Below the pieces are notes generated by a model. That model was not told the DNA's origin. It did not search any database and saw only the letters and a list, made by a program, of their open reading frames with translations. Of a stretch of DNA of 64,000 bases, positions 32,495 through 42,282 are shown in pieces (position 1 is the first letter of the stretch; each line of letters opens with the position of its first letter). This DNA is from Gammaproteobacteria bacterium (GTDB lineage Bacteria; Pseudomonadota; Gammaproteobacteria; Ga0077536): positions 2,496,001-2,560,000 of the forward strand of contig CAXXLL010000002.1 of assembly GCA_963662545.2 (NCBI GenBank), written 5' to 3'. Both the position numbers and the translations under genes were made by a program.

Positions 32495-32572
32495 CTCTGC
32501 AATGCTTAGCAGCCTGTCGGACCTAGGAAGAATTGACTTGGGCGTTGGGACAACGGTCCGGCTGTGCCATGG

Positions 32573-32708
32573 TTTTGTTCAGCGCGTCCCTGCGCTTCAC
32601 CCCTCCGGGGCTTGCGCGAAAATTCGTTCCCGACGAATTTTTGTTCAGCGCATCCCTGCGCTTCACCCCTCCGGGGCTTGCGCGAAAATTCGTTCCCGAC
32701 GAATTTTT
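32573..32708. repeat. Tandem duplication of a 66-bp multi-hairpin unit
   Basis: Units start at 32573 and 32639 with one mismatch; hairpins AGCGC..GCGCT, CCCC..GGGG, AAAATTCGT..ACGAATTTT. Confidence 0.9.
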
Positions 32709-32838
32709 CGTTAAATAGCCGCGCTATTCGCCGCAAACCATGACACATCCGGACTCGCTCTCCCAACCGCCGCGCTACGATTCCGTAAGTCCGACAGACT
32801 GCTAGGCGCCGCATTCTAGCGGCGCCGAGAAGCCTCGC

Positions 32839-32964
32839 ATATTTTGCGACGACCTGACTCGCAGGGTACGATTTCCGTGAGAGGCCGACCACCGCAATCG
32901 TTCGCGTAGCGGCAAGTATGCAGCGCAAAGTCAAAAGGTCGGCGTCAAACGCCCGGGCGTTCAC
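32839..32964 (-). pseudogene. N-terminal remnant of a CoA-binding (YccU-like) protein
   Basis: LRCILAATRTIAVVGLS...SQVVAKY; similarity is lost afterwards. Confidence 0.6.
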
Positions 32965-34150
32965 GAATGCGGTCCAAAGTGATTTCGTCGACCCGCCTGC
33001 AACCGAGCAGGGCCATATCGCGGATCACCTCCGCCCGTAGGAGCTCGAGCGCCCGGGCAACGCCCGCGCGCCCACCGACCCCGAGTCCGAACAAATACGG
33101 TCTGCCTACCATGCAGGCCTTGGCGCCGAGAGCGAGGGCTTTGAGAACGTCCGTTCCGCGCCTTACACCGCCATCGAGTATCACCTCGACGCGATCGCCC
33201 ACCGCTTTGGTCACATCGGCAAGAAGGCTGATCGGGGACGCCGCAGAATCAAGTTGCCGGCCCCCGTGATTTGACAGTATCACCGCATTAGCGCCGATAT
33301 CGGCGGCACGAACGGCATCTTCGACGCTGGCAATGCCCTTGACGGCAAACGGACCCTTCCACTGCTCGACCATCCACGCGGCGTCGTCCCATTTGACGGT
33401 CGGATCGAACTGTTTCTGCAAATACTCCACCAGGGTCGTGACATCGTGATCATCGACCGGCGCCTTGTGTGCGACGTTCGATAGTTGAAACGGTTGTCCC
33501 GACAGAACGTACTTGAGTGACCACAGGGGATGGAAGAAGAAATCGAGGTAGCTGGCGAGAGACAACTGCGGCGGAATGGTCATGCCGCTATAGAGGTCCC
33601 GTTCACGGTTTCCCGGTACAGGAACGTCGATCGTCAGGATCAACGCGTGATATTTCACCGCCCGGCAACGCTCGAAAAACTCGAGGATCAGATCGCGGTC
33701 GCGAAAGACGTAGAGCTGAAACCACTTGGGGCCGGAACAGACTTCGGCGACTTCCTCGATTGAATACGTGCTGACGGTCGACAGCGAATAGACCGTGCCC
33801 GCGTCCGCGGCCGCCGCCGATGCCGCCAGTTCACCGTCGTTATTGAACAGGCGCGACATGCCGGTCGGTGCCAGCACGATGGGCAGATCGATGTGCTGAC
33901 CCATGATCTCGGTCGAGGGATCGATCTCGCCGACGTCGACCAAGTATCGCGGTAGCAAATCATAACGATTGAAGTCGCTCTGGTTGCGATTCAGCGTGAT
34001 TTCGTCGTCCGCCGCGCCATCCATGTAATCGAACATCGGACGCGGGACGCGTCGTTTGGCGTAACGCCGGAGATCACGGATATTGTGGCAGCGCTTGAGA
34101 CACCAGTGAGCGACGGCGTCGTCGAGGCGGGTAATAAATGCAGGAACCAT
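32945..34150 (-). CDS. FMN-dependent alpha-hydroxy acid dehydrogenase (L-lactate dehydrogenase-like)
   Basis: FDYMDGAADDE, WFQLY, SNHGGRQLD and DGGVRRGTD motifs. Confidence 0.92.
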   Translation of the reverse strand: MVPAFITRLDDAVAHWCLKRCHNIRDLRRYAKRRVPRPMFDYMDGAADDEITLNRNQSDFNRYDLLPRYLVDVGEIDPSTEIMGQHIDLPIVLAPTGMSRLFNNDGELAASAAAADAGTVYSLSTVSTYSIEEVAEVCSGPKWFQLYVFRDRDLILEFFERCRAVKYHALILTIDVPVPGNRERDLYSGMTIPPQLSLASYLDFFFHPLWSLKYVLSGQPFQLSNVAHKAPVDDHDVTTLVEYLQKQFDPTVKWDDAAWMVEQWKGPFAVKGIASVEDAVRAADIGANAVILSNHGGRQLDSAASPISLLADVTKAVGDRVEVILDGGVRRGTDVLKALALGAKACMVGRPYLFGLGVGGRAGVARALELLRAEVIRDMALLGCRRVDEITLDRIRERPGV

Positions 34151-34216
34151 GGAAACTATCCGCAATACTTTCAGTCGCTGAACGATAGCAGACCTTGAAC
34201 GCCGTCGGCGACGGCT

Positions 34217-35998
34217 TCAGAAGGACGCTGTGTCCAGCGCCACGACGGCAGCGGATCCATCCACGATGGCATGCGCCAGAGCCGATGCGGTCGGCATGAT
34301 CTGCGCGGCGTAAAAGCTCGCGGTCGCGAGTTTGGACTCGTAGAATGCGGTGTCTCCCGTACCCGCATCGAGCCGACCCTGGCTCGTGCGCGCCGATTCC
34401 GCCATCATCCAGCCGCCACAGACGACACCGCATAGCTGAAGATAATTGCCGGCGGCGGCGGCAGCCAAGCGCGGATCATCGGTCGTCTTCAGGATCCATT
34501 CTAACGCCCGCTCGAACTCGGAGACGCCGGCCTCGACAGCATTGCGTACCGCCGCAACCCGGCCGGCGGCGTTCTTTAGCGACGCCACGGATGCCCGCAT
34601 ATCCGCGATCAGTTCTCGCACACCCTGCCCGCCGTCGCGCAAGGTTTTACGACCGATGAGATCGCCGGCCTGGATACCGGTCGTGCCTTCATAAATGGTC
34701 GTGATGCGGACGTCGCGCAGGTACTGTGCCGCGCCCGTCTCCTCGACGTATCCCATACCGCCGTGGACTTGCACACCGAGCGACGCAACCTGTTGTCCCA
34801 TTTCGGTACTGTATCCCTTGACGATCGGAGTCAGCAGATCGCCGCGCCGCGCGGCCAAGGCTTGGCGTTCGGGATCTGGATGACGATCGGCTGCATCGTA
34901 CTCCCAGGCGCAATGATAGGTCAGCGCGCGCATTGCTTCGACTTGCGACTTCATCGTCATGAGCATTTTCTTGACGTCCGGGTGCTCGATGATCGTCGCC
35001 CGTTCGCCGGCCCCGGCGGGCTGTCCCTGAACGCGTTCGCGGGCGTACTTCAGCGCATGCTGATAGGCTGCTTCTCCAATCGCCACGCCTTCCCGTCCGA
35101 CCGCATGCCGCGCCGCATTCATCATCGTGAACATATACATCAGCCCGCGGTTTTCTTCGCCCACGAGATAGCCGGTCGCGCCGCCGTGGTCCCCGTAGGA
35201 CAATACGGCCGTCGGGCTGCCGTGGATCCCAAGCTTGTGTTCGATGGAAACGCAGTGCACGTCATTGCGATCACCAACGCTGCCGTCGCCGTTGACGAGA
35301 AATTTAGGGACGACGAACAAGGAAGTGCCACGGGTGCCGTCGGGCGCTCCGGGCGTGCGCGCGAGCACCAGGTGAACGATATTTTCAGTCAGGTCGTGCT
35401 CGCCGTAGGTTATGAAGATCTTTTGCCCCGTGATGAGGTAATGGTCGCCCTCCGGCACCGCCTTGGTGCTCACGGCGCCGAGGTCGGATCCGGCCTGCGG
35501 CTCGGTCAAATTCATCGTGCCGGACCAGACACCGGTGACGAGTTTTTCGAGGTAGGTGTTCTTTAGTGATTCGCTGCCGTGGCGTTCGATCGCTTCGATA
35601 GCGCCCGCCGTCAACAGCGGGCATAGCGAAAACGCCATGTTGGCGGAATCCCACATCTCCGATACCGCCGTCGCGATCAATTTTGGCAGACCCTGTCCGC
35701 CATACTCCGGGCTCATCGCGAGACCATTCCATCCGCTCTCGCAAAACGTCCGGTAGGCGTCCTTCCAGCCTTCCGGCGTGCACACCACGTCGCCTTTCAG
35801 CCGGCTGCCTTGGAGATCACCCACACGATTCAAGGGACCGAGCAATTCCTGCGCAAGCTTGGCCGCTTCCTCCAGCACGGCGTCGGACAGATCTTCGCTA
35901 ACTTCATCGAATCCCCGCAGTTGTTTGATGCGCGCGAATCCGACGAGTTCGTTGATGACGAACCTCATATCGCGCACGGGTGCAGCGTAATCCATCAT
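34217..35998 (-). CDS. Acyl-CoA dehydrogenase (DmdC-like long form)
   Basis: GTMNLTEPQAGSD, KIFITYGEHD, EHKLGIHGSPT, QVHGGMG, IYEGT. Confidence 0.9.
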   Translation of the reverse strand: MMDYAAPVRDMRFVINELVGFARIKQLRGFDEVSEDLSDAVLEEAAKLAQELLGPLNRVGDLQGSRLKGDVVCTPEGWKDAYRTFCESGWNGLAMSPEYGGQGLPKLIATAVSEMWDSANMAFSLCPLLTAGAIEAIERHGSESLKNTYLEKLVTGVWSGTMNLTEPQAGSDLGAVSTKAVPEGDHYLITGQKIFITYGEHDLTENIVHLVLARTPGAPDGTRGTSLFVVPKFLVNGDGSVGDRNDVHCVSIEHKLGIHGSPTAVLSYGDHGGATGYLVGEENRGLMYMFTMMNAARHAVGREGVAIGEAAYQHALKYARERVQGQPAGAGERATIIEHPDVKKMLMTMKSQVEAMRALTYHCAWEYDAADRHPDPERQALAARRGDLLTPIVKGYSTEMGQQVASLGVQVHGGMGYVEETGAAQYLRDVRITTIYEGTTGIQAGDLIGRKTLRDGGQGVRELIADMRASVASLKNAAGRVAAVRNAVEAGVSEFERALEWILKTTDDPRLAAAAAGNYLQLCGVVCGGWMMAESARTSQGRLDAGTGDTAFYESKLATASFYAAQIMPTASALAHAIVDGSAAVVALDTASF

Positions 35999-36037
35999 GA
36001 ATCAGTAGTCTCCGGCGTCGTGCGACGGACTTTTTAG

Positions 36038-36199
36038 GGAACCTCTGAATAAGTCATGATGCGGGTGAATGGTGCATGAAATCGTGCAGATCAAGGCACG
36101 AATCGCAGGCCATAGCAGGGACTATGGGCAAGATGCGTAGCGTAAGGCTCCGCGATTTCAGGCGCCAGGCCGGTGTGCCATAACTTATTCAGAGGTTCC
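36038..36199. mobile_element. IS5-like MITE, copy 2
   Basis: TIRs GGAACCTCTGAATAAG / CTTATTCAGAGGTTCC; flanks TTAG/CTAA. Confidence 0.8.
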
Positions 36200-36353
36200 C
36201 TAAATATTACGGGCAGGACATTGACACCATTGTGTCAATTTCGCAGCCCGATGAAAAATCCTTTCAGCCAAGGCAGGCCGACGCTCGCCCGCGATGTGAC
36301 GAGCAGGCCGATGATTCAATCGAATTCCGCGGCGGTGACCGCGGCGCAGGCGA

Positions 36354-38420
36354 TTACACCGAGGCTAGAACGGGGATCAGTCCGAGATCGATCGGACCCT
36401 TGTCGATGACTTCGATCTGCCTGGTAGGCAAACCGTTGCGCGAGCGCGCATACATGGCAAGCGCCCACAAGGGAAAGTAGTGGCTGTAGCCGTGATAGCG
36501 TAGGTAGAACACGCGCGGAAAACCGGTCCCCGTATATTCTTCCTCATCCCATTCGCCGGCTTCGTTCTGATTACTAAGGAGGTACTCGATGCCCCGGTGG
36601 ACCTGCGGTGAATTCACCTCGCCGACGGCCATGAGGCCGATCAGGGCCCAGGCCGTCTGGGACGCAGTACTGACGCCGTGGCCGGCCAGGCCCGTGTCGT
36701 CATAGGTATTACAGCTTTCGCCCCAACCGTCGTCTCCATTCTGGTGATCCTGCAGCCATTGGACAGCTTTTCTTACGTAGGGCTTGGCCACATCCTCGCC
36801 AATGGCGCCAAGCGCGGACAACACGCTCCAGGTGCCATAGATGTAATTGACACCCCAGCGTCCGTACCAGCTACCGTCTTCCTCCTGATCGCGCTCCAGA
36901 AAATCGAGCGCACGGCGTACCGGAGGATAACTCGCGTCATAGCCCAGCATGGCCAGGAGTTCGATGCACCTCGCGGTGAGATCCGCCGTACCGGGGTCGA
37001 CCAGCGCACCGTGGTCCGCGAACGGAATTTTGTTCAGGGATTCATATTTGTTCCCGATATCGAAGGCGCCCCAACTGCCATCGGGATTCTGCATGCCCAT
37101 CACCCAATTCAGTGCCTGGTTGATGCGCTTTTTCTTGTGCTCCTTGTCGTGCGCGCCGGCGCGCAGCAGCGACATCAAGACCATCCCCGTGTCGTCGACA
37201 TCCGGATATTTGTCGTTCTCGTATTGAAATGCCCAGCCGCCGGATTCGAGTCCGGGCGCCTGGTCCATCCAATCACCCCCGACAAAAATCTGATGGTCGA
37301 ACAACCATTCCACGGCTTGCTGAACGGCAGGGTGATCGGCCTGAGCGCCAACTTCGGTCAGCGCTGCAAGCGACAGACAGGTGTCCCACACCGGCGACAC
37401 GCACGGCTGGCAGAGCGTTTCTTTCTCGCCGTCCAGTACGAGATCCTCGATCGCCTCAACGGTACGAACCAGGTCCGCGTCGTCTTCAGCGGCCCCCACT
37501 AATTTTAAGGCCATCGCTGCGTTCGCCATCGCCGGGTAGATCGCACCGATACCGCCCTTGCCCTTGGTATGGTCGCGCATCCAGCTTTCAGCGCGGTTCA
37601 GCGCCCGCCTACGGATCCATTGGGGGATGCAAGGATCGATGATCTTCAGGACTCGATCGAGCGCGGTGAAGCAACTCTTGAGCGGTTCGCCCGCATGAAA
37701 CCTGTCGAGGTGACGAAGTTTCGAAGGCGACGTCAGGAACAGTTCTGAAATACCGAGTTTCTCGTCGACATCGACTACCGGCCGCTTGGCGAAAATGATC
37801 AACAACGGCACGATCACGCATCTAGACCAGTACGAAACTTTGCTCAGGTTGAAATACCACCAACGCGGCAGAAGCATGATTTCGACCGGCATGGCCGGCA
37901 CCGTGCACCACGGAAGCTGGCCGAATATAGCTAGTGAAATGCGGGTGAACACGTTGACTTTTTCCGCCCCGCCGTTAGTCCGTACCCAACGCCGCGCCCG
38001 CACCATATAGGGCGCGTCGACGGAATGCCCCATCATCTTGAGGGCGAAATAGGCCTTTACCGTTGCGCTCAGATTGCCCGGCCCACGATGGTAGAGCGGC
38101 CAGGATCCGTATTGGTTTTGTCGCCGACGCAGGTAGCGCGCGATTTTTTCCTCTCGCAGTTTATTGGTACGGCCGAGAAAGTGTTGCAGCAAGATGTATT
38201 CCGACGGGATGGTCGCGTCGGCTTCGAGATCGAAGCGCCAATGCCCGTCGGTGGCTTGCTCGCCAAGCAGGTTATTCGCCGCCTTTCTCACTGCTTCGCG
38301 AACGGGGTCGGCCACTCTTTCGAGCGGATGAACGGCTTGTTGTTCCAGGATAGCTTCCGCCGATGCAGCATCGTGCGCCGATACCACCCGCGAAAAAGTT
38401 TTGTATTGTTCTTCGATCAT
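36354..38420 (-). CDS. shc: Squalene-hopene cyclase
   Basis: SPVWDT, GGWAFQY, catalytic YPDVDDT, repeated QxxDGSW motifs, TGTGFPRVFYLRY. Confidence 0.95.
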   Translation of the reverse strand: MIEEQYKTFSRVVSAHDAASAEAILEQQAVHPLERVADPVREAVRKAANNLLGEQATDGHWRFDLEADATIPSEYILLQHFLGRTNKLREEKIARYLRRRQNQYGSWPLYHRGPGNLSATVKAYFALKMMGHSVDAPYMVRARRWVRTNGGAEKVNVFTRISLAIFGQLPWCTVPAMPVEIMLLPRWWYFNLSKVSYWSRCVIVPLLIIFAKRPVVDVDEKLGISELFLTSPSKLRHLDRFHAGEPLKSCFTALDRVLKIIDPCIPQWIRRRALNRAESWMRDHTKGKGGIGAIYPAMANAAMALKLVGAAEDDADLVRTVEAIEDLVLDGEKETLCQPCVSPVWDTCLSLAALTEVGAQADHPAVQQAVEWLFDHQIFVGGDWMDQAPGLESGGWAFQYENDKYPDVDDTGMVLMSLLRAGAHDKEHKKKRINQALNWVMGMQNPDGSWGAFDIGNKYESLNKIPFADHGALVDPGTADLTARCIELLAMLGYDASYPPVRRALDFLERDQEEDGSWYGRWGVNYIYGTWSVLSALGAIGEDVAKPYVRKAVQWLQDHQNGDDGWGESCNTYDDTGLAGHGVSTASQTAWALIGLMAVGEVNSPQVHRGIEYLLSNQNEAGEWDEEEYTGTGFPRVFYLRYHGYSHYFPLWALAMYARSRNGLPTRQIEVIDKGPIDLGLIPVLASV

Positions 38421-39132
38421 GTTCCGTAAAACCTACCAGCCCCAAAAAAACACGTGGCCGCGCTCACGATATGAGCGTCACCAGCGACACGTGATCCATG
38501 ACCGATATCCATCGATTCGATATCGGCCCTTTCCAATCCGTCAGCATGAGAACACAGCCTTGCCGCGTAGTTCCCCACGTTGAAATATGCCATTCCAACG
38601 CACCGGACGAATGTGCCAGGTGCTGCTCTAACATGAAGCCCGTGTTTCGAAGCACTGTGCGCGACGGCGCATTGGATCGATCTCGACCATGCATACTCTG
38701 TAGTAATCCAATGCGATCAAATAAGGGGCAGGCCGTTGCATCACCGTACACCTGCCCGGTGGCGCGACCTTCTTTCCCCTGTTCGTTGATTGCTGTGCCA
38801 AGCAAGTGTCCGTTATTGTTACCGCTGCCATCGAAACGCTGGTATTCCGGGCCAGATTACCTGTTGGCTGTCTGTCTGTGCGCGATGCCGCCGTGCCAAC
38901 ATCGTCTTTAGTTGTTGTAATCAGACGCCGTTATTCTATTGAACGCACGTCTGATTGCAAGGATTTAGGCGCAAATTTGTACTATCCGCAACATCTTTTG
39001 ATGTAAAAATGCGACACCTGTTCGCGGTACGAAACCCTCCATATACCCGGCGCGGGTCGGTTGTCGCCGCAGGAAATGGTAATTAGACCGTGGGCCCGGA
39101 CCACCCTACGACCCACGCCGCGCAGCGGTAGA

Positions 39133-39220
39133 TGGTGCCCGGGGCCGGAATCGAACCGGCACGGCCGCATTGGCCGGCGGATTTTAAGTCCGCTGCGTCT
39201 ACCTATTCCGCCACCCGGGC
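39133..39220 (-). tRNA. tRNA-Leu (TAA)
   Basis: GCCCGGGTGGCGGAATAGGTAGACGC...CTTAAAA...GGTTCGATTCC...CACCA, long variable arm. Confidence 0.95.
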
Positions 39221-39241
39221 CGTTCGGCTTTAACCGAAAAA

Positions 39242-39315
39242 TGGAGGCTGGGACCCGAATCGAACGGGCGTACACGGCTTTGCAGGCCGCTGCATAACCA
39301 CTCTGCCACCCAGCC
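39242..39315 (-). tRNA. tRNA-Cys (GCA)
   Basis: GGCTGGGTGGCAGAGTGG...CTGCAAA...GTTCGATTC...CTCCA. Confidence 0.95.
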
Positions 39316-39367
39316 TTTGTGTCGATAAGAGCTCGCCTGTCAGTCGATTCGAAAAGGCTGCACAAAC

Positions 39368-39392
39368 GAAAACCCCGCCTGCGCGGGGTTTC
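39368..39392 (-). terminator. Intrinsic terminator-like hairpin between tRNA-Gly and tRNA-Cys
   Basis: Minus strand GAAACCCCGC-GCAG-GCGGGGTTTTCGTTT. Confidence 0.6.
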
Positions 39393-39403
39393 GGCCGTGA
39401 TAT

Positions 39404-39479
<76 letters not shown>

Positions 39480-39625
39480 GTTGCCAGCCTAGCTTTCCTG
39501 TCCTCAAGAGCGCCGCGAAATCACGCGTCGCGAGACCGCACCATCGAGCGTCCCGAGCCCACTGCCGCAGCATTGTAACGGTGGCACTTGACCTGTCAAG
39601 AAATCGTGGAACACCGTGAAAAGTC

Positions 39626-40183
39626 TCAAGATTCCGACAGATCGGGCCAGGCGAGAACGAGGTATACGACCATCGTCCACAGGGTCATGACCATCGCGAC
39701 ATAGAGCATCGCCATGCCGACCCAATAAAACCAGACCGGGGCTTCGTCAGCCGCGCCGATGATGAGCAAGACCAGCGCCGACATCTGCAGCACGGTTTTC
39801 ACCTTGCCCAAGCTCGAAACAGCGACCTTCTTTCGCGCGCCGATTTCCGCCATCCATTCGCGCAATGCTGACACCGCAATCTCGCGTCCGATGATCACCG
39901 CGACGGGCAGTGCCAGCCACAGACTCGGCTGCGCCTGCAGCAAAATGACCAGGACGACCACCACCATTAGCTTGTCGGCGACGGGATCGAGAAACGCGCC
40001 GAACCGAGAGGTCTGGTTCAAGCGCCGGGCAAGAAATCCGTCCGCCCAATCGGTCAGCGCCGCGACGCCGAAGACGGCCGCCGCTACGATTGGTGCGCGA
40101 GCGAACGGCAGGTGATAGCACACCGCAAAACACGGGATCAAGGCGATCCGAACGAAGGTGAGAATGTTAGGCAGGGTCAACAT
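39626..40183 (-). CDS. pgsA: CDP-diacylglycerol--glycerol-3-phosphate 3-phosphatidyltransferase
   Basis: PNILTFVR, TDWADGFLAR, GAFLDPVADK; synteny with uvrC and tRNAs. Confidence 0.96.
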   Translation of the reverse strand: MLTLPNILTFVRIALIPCFAVCYHLPFARAPIVAAAVFGVAALTDWADGFLARRLNQTSRFGAFLDPVADKLMVVVVLVILLQAQPSLWLALPVAVIIGREIAVSALREWMAEIGARKKVAVSSLGKVKTVLQMSALVLLIIGAADEAPVWFYWVGMAMLYVAMVMTLWTMVVYLVLAWPDLSES

Positions 40184-40279
40184 GGAACCGACCGTTTGCT
40201 AGGGCCATCCCGCTCGGCTGCGGGCACGCTTAAACAACACGTGCGCTCTGCAACGTTGAGCCCTACTGGCGAGACTTTA

Positions 40280-40442
40280 GGAACCTCTGAATAAGTCACG
40301 GTGCGTCTGAATGGTTCATGCAATGGTGCAGGTCAACGCACGAATCGCAGCCCATAGCGGGGACTATGGGTAAGGTTACGTAACGTAAGGCTCCGCGATT
40401 TCATGGGCAAGGCAGATGGGCCATGACTTTTTCAGAGCTTCC
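40280..40442. mobile_element. IS5-like MITE, copy 3
   Basis: TIRs GGAACCTCTGAATAAG / CTTTTTCAGAGCTTCC; perfect TTTA direct repeat on both flanks. Confidence 0.8.
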
Positions 40443-40443
40443 T

Positions 40444-42282
40444 TTAGACATGCAATACGTCATAAATACGCTGCGCGAGTTCCTGGCTGATGCCGGGCAC
40501 CCGCCGCAGGTCGTCGATCCCCGCCCGGGTGATGCCTTGCAGCCCGCCGAAATGCTGCATTAATTTCTGCCGCCGTTTGGCGCCAATGCCGATGATCTGC
40601 TCGAGCGGCGACCGTTTTCGCGTGTTTGCGCGCGATCGACGGTGCGCTTCGATGGCGAACCGGTGCGCTTCATCGCGCACGTGCTGCAGCAGATGCAGCG
40701 CCGGCGAATCCGGCGCCAGCCGATATTCGCGCAGGCCGTCGTGTAGCACAAGCTTCTCGAAGCCGGGCTTACGTGTCACCCCCTTGGCGATCCCGACGAC
40801 TAGGACGTCGTCGATCTGTAATTCGTCGAGCACTGCCAGCGCCTGCGCGACCTGCCCCTTGCCGCCATCGATCAGGATGAGGTCTGGCATCGCGCCCTCC
40901 TCCCGTTTGAGGCGGCTGTAACGACGGTCGAGAGCCTCGTGCATGGCGGCGTAATCATCGCCCGCCCCCGCTTGCTTGATATTGAACTTACGGTAGTCGG
41001 ATTTCCGCGGACCGCTGCGATCGAACACCACGCACGAAGCCACCGTCGATTCACCCGCGAGATGGCTGACATCGAAACATTCAATGCACTCGATCGCGAC
41101 GTCGCGATCGAGTGCATCACTCAGCGCCGCGATGCGCTCGTGATGATCGGCCTCGGCGGACAATCGATGATCGAGCGCCATTACGGCGTTGTCGGTCGCC
41201 ATGCGCACCCATTTCGAACGCTCGCCGCGCACCGAGTCTCGGATCCGGATACGGCGGCCGTGGGCTTGCGACAATGCTTCGGCCAGCCACTGTGCCTCGC
41301 CAAGGGTCTCGCCGACGATGATGTCACGCGGTATATCGCGGTCGCGGTGGGCGGCGAGATAAAACTGCGCGAGGAAGGCCTCGAGCACGTCTCCGGAGCT
41401 GGCACCCTGGGTATGGGCGGGGAAAAATGCCTTGTTCCCGAGCATGCGTCCGTGCCGAATGAAAAAGACCTGCACGCAGCCGACACCCGCCTTGACCGCC
41501 GCTGCGACGACGTCGAAATCGCCCGAAATACCCGCCACATGCTGTTCGGATTGAACCTTCTGCAAGCTCGTGATCTGGTCGCGAAACCTTGCCGCGCGTT
41601 CGAACTCAAGCGCCGAAGATGCCTCCTCCATCTGTCGCACCAGATAGTCGATCACCTCCTGGGCGCGCCCTTCGAGAAACAGGATGGCGTGCCGGACGTC
41701 AGCGGCATATTCCTCGGCACCGATCAATCCCACGCAGGGTGCTGTACACCGGTCGATTTGATATTGCAGACACGGTCGGCTGCGGTTACTGAAGAAACTA
41801 TCCTCGCACTGCCGGATCATGAAGAGCTTTTGCAGCAGCTTGAGTGTCGAGCGAACGGCGCCGGCGTTCGGAAACGGTCCAAAATAGCGCCCTTTACCGG
41901 AGCGGGCTCCGCGATGAAAACGCAAGCGCGGGAATTCATGTTCGAGTTCCGCATAAATGTACGGATAACTCTTGTCGTCACGCAGGACGACGTTGTAGCG
42001 CGGCCGCAGTTCCTTGATCAGGTTGCTTTCGAGTATCAGCGCCTCGTTCTCATTCGCGGTTATCGTTACCTCGATCGAATGGATGCTCGCGATCATGGCG
42101 CGCACTTTTGCGGTCGCACCCGTCTGGCGATTGAAATAGCTGCTGACGCGCTTGCGTAGATGGCGCGCCTTACCGACGTAGATGACCTGGCCGCGATCGT
42201 CGAGCATGCGGTAAATCCCCGCCGAGGTCGGCATATCACGACACCTCGCGCGTAGCGACGACAATCGATCCCCAACCGTCAT
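40444..42282 (-). CDS. uvrC: Excinuclease ABC subunit C
   Basis: GIY..IYVGKA GIY-YIG, LRDDKSYPY, ECFDVSH, LIDGGKGQ, RDEAHRFA, HhH; ATG 42282 overlaps upstream stop. Confidence 0.96.
   Translation of the reverse strand: MTVGDRLSSLRARCRDMPTSAGIYRMLDDRGQVIYVGKARHLRKRVSSYFNRQTGATAKVRAMIASIHSIEVTITANENEALILESNLIKELRPRYNVVLRDDKSYPYIYAELEHEFPRLRFHRGARSGKGRYFGPFPNAGAVRSTLKLLQKLFMIRQCEDSFFSNRSRPCLQYQIDRCTAPCVGLIGAEEYAADVRHAILFLEGRAQEVIDYLVRQMEEASSALEFERAARFRDQITSLQKVQSEQHVAGISGDFDVVAAAVKAGVGCVQVFFIRHGRMLGNKAFFPAHTQGASSGDVLEAFLAQFYLAAHRDRDIPRDIIVGETLGEAQWLAEALSQAHGRRIRIRDSVRGERSKWVRMATDNAVMALDHRLSAEADHHERIAALSDALDRDVAIECIECFDVSHLAGESTVASCVVFDRSGPRKSDYRKFNIKQAGAGDDYAAMHEALDRRYSRLKREEGAMPDLILIDGGKGQVAQALAVLDELQIDDVLVVGIAKGVTRKPGFEKLVLHDGLREYRLAPDSPALHLLQHVRDEAHRFAIEAHRRSRANTRKRSPLEQIIGIGAKRRQKLMQHFGGLQGITRAGIDDLRRVPGISQELAQRIYDVLHV

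Noticed and set aside
32573-32708. Possible CRISPR array
   Set aside because: Only two adjacent 66-bp units with no spacer, and no cas genes
38464-38911. ORFs between shc and tRNA-Leu
   Set aside because: No recognisable motifs or RBS; overlapping alternatives on both strands
40939-42159. 406-aa plus-strand ORF (and similar long shadow ORFs, e.g. 44161-45027, 36678-37502)
   Set aside because: Antisense to well-supported genes; expected in high-GC DNA
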